64,000 nucleotides of DNA, taken from assembly GCA_018065615.1 (NCBI GenBank), contig JAGHSY010000033.1:8210-72209 (forward strand), written 5' to 3'. The notes beneath the pieces were generated by a model that had not been told where the DNA came from, ran no database searches, and saw only the letters and a program-made list of their open reading frames with translations. Below are positions 56,638-64,000 of the stretch, one piece after another. The stretch comes from Candidatus Colenecus caballi. GTDB lineage: Bacteria > Bacteroidota > Bacteroidia > Bacteroidales > Bacteroidaceae. The stretch's first letter is position 1. Each line of letters begins with the position of its first letter. The position numbers and the translations under genes were made by a program.

Positions 56638-59454
56638 ATGGAATACGATTTCAGGTCTATTGAGAAAAAATGGCACGAAAAGTGGGCCAAGCAGGGTACC
56701 TACAAGGTAATTGAAGACGCTTCAAAACCCAAGTATTACGTACTTAACATGTTCCCCTACCCGTCAGGGGCAGGACTTCATGTGGGTCACCCTCTGGGCT
56801 ACATTGCATCGGACATATATGCACGCTACAAGCGCCAGTGCGGGTTCAACGTACTGAACCCCATGGGGTATGACGCCTACGGCCTGCCCGCCGAACAGTA
56901 CGCCATACAGACCGGCCAGCATCCGGCTGTGACCACAGAAAAGAACATTGCCCGCTACCGCGAGCAGCTGGACAAGATAGGTTTCTCCTTTGACTGGGAC
57001 CGTGAAGTCCGCACCTGCGAACCCGGCTACTACCACTGGACACAGTGGGCCTTCCAGAAAATGTTCGGTTCATATTACTGCAACAAGTGCCAGTGCGCAC
57101 AGCCAATAGAGAAACTGATCCAACATTTTGAGAAGCAGGGCACAGCCGGCCTTGACGTTACATGCAGTGAAGAACTGACGTTTTCACCGGCGGAATGGAA
57201 CGCCATGGATGAAAAGCAGAAGTCCGATGTGCTCATGAACTACCGCATAGCATACCAGGGTGAGACCATGGTCAACTGGTGCGCAGGACTTGGTACAGTT
57301 CTTGCCAACGATGAAGTTGTCGAAGGCGTTTCAGTTCGTGGCGGTTTCCCTGTAGAACAGAAAAAGATGCGCCAGTGGTGCCTGCGCGTTTCGGCTTACG
57401 CCCAGCGCCTGCTTGACGGGCTTGACACCATTGACTGGTCTGACTCCATCAAGGAGACCCAGCGCAACTGGATTGGCCGCTCTGAAGGAACAGAGATGCA
57501 GTTCAAGGTAAAGGACAGCGATATTGAGTTCACCATATTCACCACACGTGCCGACACAATATTCGGTGTGACCTTCATGGTTCTGGCTCCTGAAAGCGAA
57601 CTGGTTGGGCAGCTAACCACCGCCGCTCAGAAGGCCGATGTCGATGCATACGTTGCCGCAGTGAAGAAGCGCACCGAGCGCGAGCGCATTGCCGACCGCA
57701 AGGTCACCGGCGTTTTCAGCGGTTCATACGCCATCAACCCGCTTACCGGTGAATCAATTCCGGTATGGATCAGTGACTATGTTCTGGCCGGATACGGAAC
57801 AGGCGCCATCATGGCCGTTCCCGCACACGACAGCCGTGACTACGCTTTCGCCAAGCATTTCGGACTTGAAATACGTCCGCTCATTGAGGGCTGTGACGTA
57901 AGTGAAGAAAGCTTTGACGCCAAGGAGGGCATCATGATGAATTCGGCCAACGCTGAACTCAACCTGAACGGCCTGACTGTAAAGGAGAGCATTGCCGCAA
58001 CAAAGAAATACGTTACGGAAAAGGGTATAGGCCGTGTCAAGGTCAACTACCGTCTGCGTGACGCCATATTCAGCCGCCAGCGCTACTGGGGCGAACCGTT
58101 CCCTGTTTATTATAAAAACGGAATCCCGACCATGCTCCCGGAAGAGTGTCTGCCGCTGCAGCTCCCTGAAATCAAGGACTACAAACCTACTGAAAGCGGC
58201 GAGCCGCCACTTGGCCACGCCACTGACTGGGCTTTCGATACAAAGAACAATAAGGTCGTTTCAAAGTCTCTCATTGACAATGTGACCGTATTCCCGCTGG
58301 AACTGAACACCATGCCGGGTTTTGCCGGTTCATCGGCCTATTATCTGCGTTACATGGACCCCAGGAACGACAAGGCTCTTGTAAGCGCCCAGGCTGACAG
58401 TTACTGGAAATGCGTTGACCTGTATTTGGGCGGCAGCGAACATGCTACCGGTCACCTTATATATTCCCGTTTCTGGAACAAGTTCCTCAAGGATCTTGGC
58501 GTGAGCGTTGTTGAAGAGCCGTTTGCAAAGCTCATCAACCAGGGTATGATCCAGGGCCGAAGCAACTTTGTATACCGCATAAAGGATACCAACACTTTCG
58601 TTTCTCTGGGTCTCAAGAACCAGTATGACACCACTCCCATTCATGTTGACGTGAACATTGTAAGCGGTGACGTTCTTGACGTTGAGGCATTCAAGGCATG
58701 GCGTCCGGAGTATGAGACTGCTGAATTCATTCTTGAAGACGGCAAGTACATTTGCGGCTGGGCTGTTGAAAAGATGTCAAAGTCCATGTTCAACGTTGTC
58801 AATCCGGATGTAATAATTGAAAAGTACGGCGCTGACACACTGCGCATGTATGAAATGTTCCTTGGACCGCTTGAGCAGTCAAAGCCGTGGGATACAAACG
58901 GCATTGACGGCTGCCACCGTTTCATACGCAAGATGTGGACTCTGTTCACTGACCGTGAGGGCAATCTCAAGGTGTCCGATGAGGCTCCGACCAAAGATGA
59001 ACTGAAATCAATACACAAGCTCATCAAGAAGGTGACTGAAGACATTGAGGCCTTCTCATACAACACTTCAATTGCAGCCTTCATGATCTGCGTGAACGAA
59101 CTCTCACAGCTAAAGTGCAACAAGCGCCAGGTGCTGACAGACCTTGTAAAGCTTATTGCCCCGTTCGCTCCGTTCATTGCCGAAGAACTTTGGGAGGCTC
59201 TTGGCAACAGTACCACTGTATGTGATGCTGCATGGCCCAAGTTCAATGAGGAATACCTTAAGGAGGACAGCATAACCTATTCCATTTCATTCAACGGCAA
59301 GACACGTTTCACCATGGACTTTGCAGCCGATGCAACCCAGGATGAAATCCAGACCGCCGTCCTAGCAAATGAAAAGGCTCAAAGCTACATTGACGGCAAA
59401 CCCATACGCAAGATCATTGTAGTTCCACGCAAGATTGTCAACATCGTACTCTAA
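56638..59454 (+). CDS. leuS: leucine--tRNA ligase
   Basis: HVGHPLGY (HIGH) and KMSKSMFN (KMSKS), 938 aa. Confidence 0.97.
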   Translation: MEYDFRSIEKKWHEKWAKQGTYKVIEDASKPKYYVLNMFPYPSGAGLHVGHPLGYIASDIYARYKRQCGFNVLNPMGYDAYGLPAEQYAIQTGQHPAVTTEKNIARYREQLDKIGFSFDWDREVRTCEPGYYHWTQWAFQKMFGSYYCNKCQCAQPIEKLIQHFEKQGTAGLDVTCSEELTFSPAEWNAMDEKQKSDVLMNYRIAYQGETMVNWCAGLGTVLANDEVVEGVSVRGGFPVEQKKMRQWCLRVSAYAQRLLDGLDTIDWSDSIKETQRNWIGRSEGTEMQFKVKDSDIEFTIFTTRADTIFGVTFMVLAPESELVGQLTTAAQKADVDAYVAAVKKRTERERIADRKVTGVFSGSYAINPLTGESIPVWISDYVLAGYGTGAIMAVPAHDSRDYAFAKHFGLEIRPLIEGCDVSEESFDAKEGIMMNSANAELNLNGLTVKESIAATKKYVTEKGIGRVKVNYRLRDAIFSRQRYWGEPFPVYYKNGIPTMLPEECLPLQLPEIKDYKPTESGEPPLGHATDWAFDTKNNKVVSKSLIDNVTVFPLELNTMPGFAGSSAYYLRYMDPRNDKALVSAQADSYWKCVDLYLGGSEHATGHLIYSRFWNKFLKDLGVSVVEEPFAKLINQGMIQGRSNFVYRIKDTNTFVSLGLKNQYDTTPIHVDVNIVSGDVLDVEAFKAWRPEYETAEFILEDGKYICGWAVEKMSKSMFNVVNPDVIIEKYGADTLRMYEMFLGPLEQSKPWDTNGIDGCHRFIRKMWTLFTDREGNLKVSDEAPTKDELKSIHKLIKKVTEDIEAFSYNTSIAAFMICVNELSQLKCNKRQVLTDLVKLIAPFAPFIAEELWEALGNSTTVCDAAWPKFNEEYLKEDSITYSISFNGKTRFTMDFAADATQDEIQTAVLANEKAQSYIDGKPIRKIIVVPRKIVNIVL

Positions 59455-59458
59455 GAGG

Positions 59459-60031
59459 ATGGAACTGGTATTTGCAACAAACAACGCCCATAAACTGGAA
59501 GAGGTCCGCCAGATTCTTGGCGAACGCTTTCTGGTACGTTCCCTTGCGGAAATAGGCTGTAATGAAGACATACCTGAAACGGCTGAAACATTTCAGGGCA
59601 ATGCGCTTCAGAAAGCCCGATACGTCAAGGAACACTACGGCTTTGACTGCTTTGCCGACGATACCGGACTAGAGGTCACAGCACTGGACGGTGAGCCGGG
59701 TGTACATTCGGCCCGATATGCCGGAGACCACGATTCTGAAGCCAACATGACCAAACTTCTTGGCAGACTTGAAGAAAAATCGGACCGCAGCGCACAATTT
59801 CGGACAGTTATTGCGTTAATACTTAACGGACAGGAAGTTCTGTTTGAGGGAATTGTCAAAGGATACATAGCCAAGGAGCGGCAAGGTGAAGGAGGATTCG
59901 GATATGACCCCATTTTCATTCCTGAAGGATTTGACACGACATTTTCCCAAATGGGTCCTGAAAGCAAGAACCTGATAAGCCACAGGGGACGCGCCGTTAG
60001 AAAACTGGCAGACTATCTTAAAAACCTATGA
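59459..60031 (+). CDS. rdgB: non-canonical purine NTP pyrophosphatase (RdgB/HAM1)
   Basis: Start chosen at [24 protein letters not shown] and SHRGRA. Confidence 0.9.
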   Translation: MELVFATNNAHKLEEVRQILGERFLVRSLAEIGCNEDIPETAETFQGNALQKARYVKEHYGFDCFADDTGLEVTALDGEPGVHSARYAGDHDSEANMTKLLGRLEEKSDRSAQFRTVIALILNGQEVLFEGIVKGYIAKERQGEGGFGYDPIFIPEGFDTTFSQMGPESKNLISHRGRAVRKLADYLKNL

Positions 60032-62343
60032 TAAGAAAACTGACGGAAGGGGCATTTGCCGCACTGGTTGCGGCAATGCTCCTTTTGCCTTTTGATACGG
60101 TTCGTGCAGGCATTCCTGTAGGAACCTGGAGATCACATCCGGCATACAACAACGCCACTTTTTCACTGACTGCATTCTCTTACGTGTTCGTCCTCAGTGA
60201 CGGAGGTCTGTATTTCTTTGATCCGGCCGATGACGGACTCTACACAATAGACCGTACCGGCGGACTGAGTGATACCGACATTTCAGCAATGGCTTATTGC
60301 GACAGTGAAAAGGCCATATTGCTGGTTTATTCCAACGGCAATATAGACATTCTGTATGAAAACGAAACAATCTACAATTTCACTGATCTGAAAAATGCAA
60401 TAGGCGGATCCGTCACTATTGGAAATATCAAAATTTACGGAAATCAGGCTTACATTCCCACAAATGAAGGAGTTTACCATTTTGACATTCGAAAAAGGGA
60501 AATCAAGGAAACTTTCAAGTTTGAAACTCCAGCAAAGAATGTGGAATTATTCCATGATACAATAATATGTGGAACGGATAACGGTCTGTTCATTGCCAAT
60601 ACATCGGACAATCTTTCTGACCCTGGTAACTGGAAACTGTTTATACAGAAAAACTTCAAGGACATATTTACATTTGATGGAAAACTCATGGGATGGTCAT
60701 GGGAAAACCGCGTATGGACTATTGATAAAAAAAGACGTGACATAAATTTGGTCATGGATTCAGTGGAATCCGTTTCATACAGCGATGACAGACTTTTCCT
60801 TATTAAAGATACTGTAGTAAACGTTTTTTACAGTCTGACCAATGTACGACAACTTGTATTTGCACATCATGTCAATCATATAAACTCAAATTCCAATACA
60901 TGGTGGGTAAGTCAGGGCGTTCACGGTCTGGGCAGATACGAACTCAAGGACAGTATCCCTGTATGTAAAGCTGAAGGAATCAAGCCCAATAGTCCGAGAA
61001 GAAACCTGTTCAATTACATAACATGGCCTGAACAGAATAAGATGTTAATTGTCAGCGGTTGTCCTAACTATTCCGGTATAGATTATCCCGGAAGTATAAT
61101 GGTATATGAAAACGACAGATGGTCATATCTTGATGAGGATATTGAGTCATATACTGGAGTTAAATATATAAATCTCAGTACCGTTGTTCAGGACCCAAAT
61201 GACAGAAACCACTATTTTGCAGGGTCTATGAGACAGGGTCTGTACGAATTTAGAGACAGTAAATTCTATAAACTTCATTCCTGGGACAACAGTCCGTTGA
61301 CAAGTATTCTTGACCATGACAGGTCAAACTATGTTAATGTTGAATGTCTGGCTTATGACAGAAACGGATACTTGTGGATGACTAATAATGAAGTTGATAC
61401 AATAATCAATGTTATGAAACCTGACAGTACCTGGTTCAAACTGTATTATCCGCAACTGTCAGGAGGACCGTCTTACAGGCAGATGACAATTGATGAAAAA
61501 GGATACATATGGTTTGTATCTGCACGTGGTCTTAAAATAGGACTTTATTGCCTTGATACCAACAATACTCCTGAAAACAGTTCTGACGACAGACTTAAAT
61601 ATTCAGGTGACATATTCATTAATCAGGATGGAAGTTCTGAACAGATATATGACATTTATTTCTATCAGAAAGACCTGAACGGTGAAATGTGGCTGGGAAC
61701 TAACAGAGGTATTTTCGTTCTTAAAAATCCGGATGAATTCATATCTGGCAACAATGTCATTTTTGAAAGGATAAAGATACCAAGAAACGATGGAACTGAT
61801 CTTGCAGATTATCTGTTCAATGGAGTAATGACAACTGCAATATTCATCGATCAGGGAAACAGAAAATGGATAGGTACTTTGAATGACGGTGTTTTCCTGT
61901 TAAGTCCGGATGGAATGCAGGTTCTCGAACATTTTACAGAAAACAACAGTACGTTACCATCGGACTATATTGTAAGCATTTCACAGAATGGCACAGACGG
62001 CTCTATTTTCTTCTGTACTGATAAAGGTATGGTGGAATATGGTGGAATGGCCAGAAATCCGGAAAAAGAGCTTTCAGAATCAAATCTGTCAGTATATCCT
62101 AATCCGGTCAGATCTGATTTTGACGGATATGTTTCAATAACCGGAATGACAAGTGAAAGTTCAGTAAGAATTGTAAACGCTTCAGGACGGCTTGTACATA
62201 CAGGGATTTCAAATGGAGGACAGTACAGTTGGAATCTTCTTGATATGAACGGCAGACCTGTTCCTTCAGGCATTTATCATGCGGTTATCACCAATCTTGA
62301 AAACAGCAGAAGTGAAAGCAAATCAATTACAGTTATCAGATAA
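60028..62343 (+). CDS. beta-propeller protein with T9SS C-terminal sorting domain (PorZ-like)
   Basis: 771 aa. Propeller-type repeats (two-component-regulator propeller-like) and a CTD ending in ..[25 protein letters not shown]. The PorZ assignment rests on size and architecture only. Confidence 0.5.
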   Translation: MIRKLTEGAFAALVAAMLLLPFDTVRAGIPVGTWRSHPAYNNATFSLTAFSYVFVLSDGGLYFFDPADDGLYTIDRTGGLSDTDISAMAYCDSEKAILLVYSNGNIDILYENETIYNFTDLKNAIGGSVTIGNIKIYGNQAYIPTNEGVYHFDIRKREIKETFKFETPAKNVELFHDTIICGTDNGLFIANTSDNLSDPGNWKLFIQKNFKDIFTFDGKLMGWSWENRVWTIDKKRRDINLVMDSVESVSYSDDRLFLIKDTVVNVFYSLTNVRQLVFAHHVNHINSNSNTWWVSQGVHGLGRYELKDSIPVCKAEGIKPNSPRRNLFNYITWPEQNKMLIVSGCPNYSGIDYPGSIMVYENDRWSYLDEDIESYTGVKYINLSTVVQDPNDRNHYFAGSMRQGLYEFRDSKFYKLHSWDNSPLTSILDHDRSNYVNVECLAYDRNGYLWMTNNEVDTIINVMKPDSTWFKLYYPQLSGGPSYRQMTIDEKGYIWFVSARGLKIGLYCLDTNNTPENSSDDRLKYSGDIFINQDGSSEQIYDIYFYQKDLNGEMWLGTNRGIFVLKNPDEFISGNNVIFERIKIPRNDGTDLADYLFNGVMTTAIFIDQGNRKWIGTLNDGVFLLSPDGMQVLEHFTENNSTLPSDYIVSISQNGTDGSIFFCTDKGMVEYGGMARNPEKELSESNLSVYPNPVRSDFDGYVSITGMTSESSVRIVNASGRLVHTGISNGGQYSWNLLDMNGRPVPSGIYHAVITNLENSRSESKSITVIR

Positions 62344-62635
62344 TATGAATATGTCTGTTTATTTGTTTTTTAATTGATTATTTGTTGTATATAGCCTGTT
62401 GAAACTGTTGATATCTTTTGTTTTTGTGTATTAATCAATTGATTTTCAATATATATGGAAAGTTGATTCATGGTTTGAAATTCAAATTGACTTTTTGTGT
62501 TTTAAACAGCGGTTTTTCAAATATAATTCCAATTGGAATATGTTGGAATTTGAGCAAATTTTAAATGCACTTTTTCTGATTTTCTTTTGAACACTTATTT
62601 ACATTGTTTTCAACAGGCAAAAGTGTCAAATGCAC

Positions 62636-62643
62636 TATTTTTG
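62636..62643 (+). promoter_or_regulatory. candidate Bacteroidota -7 promoter box (TAnnTTTG)
   Basis: TATTTTTG lies 20 nt upstream of the trmH-like ATG. Confidence 0.3.
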
Positions 62644-62663
62644 CACAGTATATTTAAAAAATA

Positions 62664-63197
62664 ATGAGAAAACTGGAAGTAATAGAACTGGGCAGAATGA
62701 ATTCCGAAGAATATAAAAGGAGTTTAAAAATGCCTGTTACAGTCATATTGGATGATGTCCGCAGTTTATATAATGTAGGATCTGTTTTCCGTACTTCCGA
62801 TGCTTTCAGAATAGAAAAGATTATACTGTGCGGAATTACAGCAACACCTGACAATTCTCTTGTAGAAATTCATAAAACAGCTCTTGGTGCCGAAGAAACT
62901 GTTGAATGGGAATATTGTAGTGATTGTGTCAGTGCTGTAAAAGATCTGAAAAGCAAAGGTTATACTGCAATTGCGGTTGAACAGGTTGAAGACAGCATAA
63001 AGCTTGGTGATTTCAAAGCCGATAGAAACAGCAGTTATGCACTTGTTTTCGGAAATGAAGTCAAAGGAGTAAACCAGCAGGTTGTGGATAACTGTGACAT
63101 TTCGCTTGAAATTCCACAATATGGAACCAAGCATTCACTGAATGTATCCGTCTCTGCCGGGATTGTAATTTGGGAGTTTGCAAAACAGTTCCATTAA
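62664..63197 (+). CDS. TrmH/SpoU-family RNA 2'-O-methyltransferase
   Basis: NVGSVFRTSDAF, VFGNEVKGV and IPQYGTKHSLNVS are SpoU motifs 1-3. Confidence 0.82.
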   Translation: MRKLEVIELGRMNSEEYKRSLKMPVTVILDDVRSLYNVGSVFRTSDAFRIEKIILCGITATPDNSLVEIHKTALGAEETVEWEYCSDCVSAVKDLKSKGYTAIAVEQVEDSIKLGDFKADRNSSYALVFGNEVKGVNQQVVDNCDISLEIPQYGTKHSLNVSVSAGIVIWEFAKQFH

Positions 63198-64000
63198 TGC
63201 GCTTCAAGCCAATTGTCACCCCATCCGCAATCTGCAATCAGCGGTACGGACATTGGCCAGGCGTTCTGCATTTCTTCCAATACGATTGTTCTGACTTTTT
63301 CCTCTTCACCTGCAACGACATTGAAATTGAGTTCGTCATGAACCTGAAGAATCATTGTTGATTTAAGGTTTTCTTTCATGAACCTGTTATAGATTCCTAT
63401 CATTGCCTTTTTGATAATGTCTGCAGCGCTGCCCTGAATAGGTGCGTTTATGGCATTGCGTTCAGCAAACCCGCGTACTGTGGCATTGTGTGAACTTATA
63501 TCCGGCAAGTATCTTTTTCTTTTCAGAACAGTCTCAATATATCCTTTCTCCCTTGCATTTTCTATGGCTTTGTCCATGTATTCCTTAATGCCTTTGTAAG
63601 TAAGGAAATAATTTTCTATCAGTTCTTTAGCTTCTGTCCTGCTGACTCCCATCCTTTGAGCCAGACCAAAGGCCGATATTCCGTAGATGATTCCGAAGTT
63701 TGCAGTCTTGGCTTTGCTGCGTTCAGCTTTTGTCACCTCCTCAATTGGCTTGTGGAAGACTTTTGCAGCTGTGGCGGCGTGAACATCATGACCTAACATG
63801 AAATCTTCAATCATGTTCTGATCACCGCTCAGATGTGCCATGATACGTAATTCAATCTGTGAATAGTCAGTTGAAAAGAACTTGCATCCCGGTTCTGGAA
63901 CAAATGCCTTGCGCACTTCTTTGCCGTCCTCATCACGTACGGGAATATTCTGCAAGTTAGGATTGCTTGAACTCAGTCTGCCTGTCGCTGTTACTGTCTG
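63194..64000 (-). CDS. polA: DNA polymerase I, 3' (C-terminal) part; gene continues beyond the right edge
   Basis: DYSQIELRIMAHLS (motif A) and QVHDELNF (motif C). The reading frame stays open to the window end. Confidence 0.95.
   Translation of the reverse strand, partial: QTVTATGRLSSSNPNLQNIPVRDEDGKEVRKAFVPEPGCKFFSTDYSQIELRIMAHLSGDQNMIEDFMLGHDVHAATAAKVFHKPIEEVTKAERSKAKTANFGIIYGISAFGLAQRMGVSRTEAKELIENYFLTYKGIKEYMDKAIENAREKGYIETVLKRKRYLPDISSHNATVRGFAERNAINAPIQGSAADIIKKAMIGIYNRFMKENLKSTMILQVHDELNFNVVAGEEEKVRTIVLEEMQNAWPMSVPLIADCGWGDNWLEAH

Noticed and set aside
58641-59273. 210-aa antisense ORF inside leuS (and 57754-58218)
   Set aside because: These are shadow ORFs opposite a highly conserved gene.
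62344-62663. Replication origin (oriC) in the AT-rich region
   Set aside because: I found no TTATCCACA-type DnaA boxes on either strand, and no dnaA, dnaN or other origin-linked genes are adjacent.

Overview
The gene content of this 64 kb chromosomal segment points to Bacteroidales (Bacteroidota): lipoprotein and T9SS C-terminal sorting signals, GH31 enzymes, DUF2723/DUF4294-type genes and TAnnTTTG -7 boxes. I call about 57 protein genes. I recognised no rRNA, tRNA, CRISPR array or intact mobile element. Layout: (i) 1-1533 holds queA, folK and a small ORF, running without any gap into (ii) 1535-14399, a 12-gene surface-glycan locus. It contains a Wzx-like flippase, a complete legionaminic-acid-type nonulosonic acid module, a candidate sialyltransferase-like transferase, a Bcs1-like CDP-ribitol synthase, a TagF-like phosphotransferase and a GT2. 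(iii) 14400-22976 is a divergent signalling region. One arm encodes an RsbW-like kinase, a STAS protein, a CX5R phosphatase, a small alarmone synthetase and a small alarmone hydrolase. The other arm encodes a lipid kinase, a solute-binding protein, a membrane sensor PP2C phosphatase, a DMT transporter and a lipoprotein nitroreductase. No sigma factor gene is present, and this is my top candidate for an undescribed system. (iv) 22983-35607 holds peptidases (DPP3, PepD), metK with a long leader, a lytic transglycosylase, and two GH31 genes flanking a stand-alone Plug protein. (v) 35645-36080 is a ~114 bp tandem repeat array built around a GAACAAA..TTTGTTC hairpin. A diverged two-hairpin copy with the same 114 nt spacing lies at 25084-25230. 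(vi) 36341-60031 is mostly housekeeping (THUMP methyltransferase, purD, ychF, lgt, mutS, leuS, rdgB) plus a DUF2723/CE4/radical-SAM/PBP4 envelope operon and an Rpn-family gene remnant. (vii) 60028-64000 is visibly more AT-rich and holds a PorZ-like T9SS protein, a palindrome-dense intergenic region, trmH-like and the polA 3' end. All family assignments come from reading motifs in the supplied translations; no database search was run.
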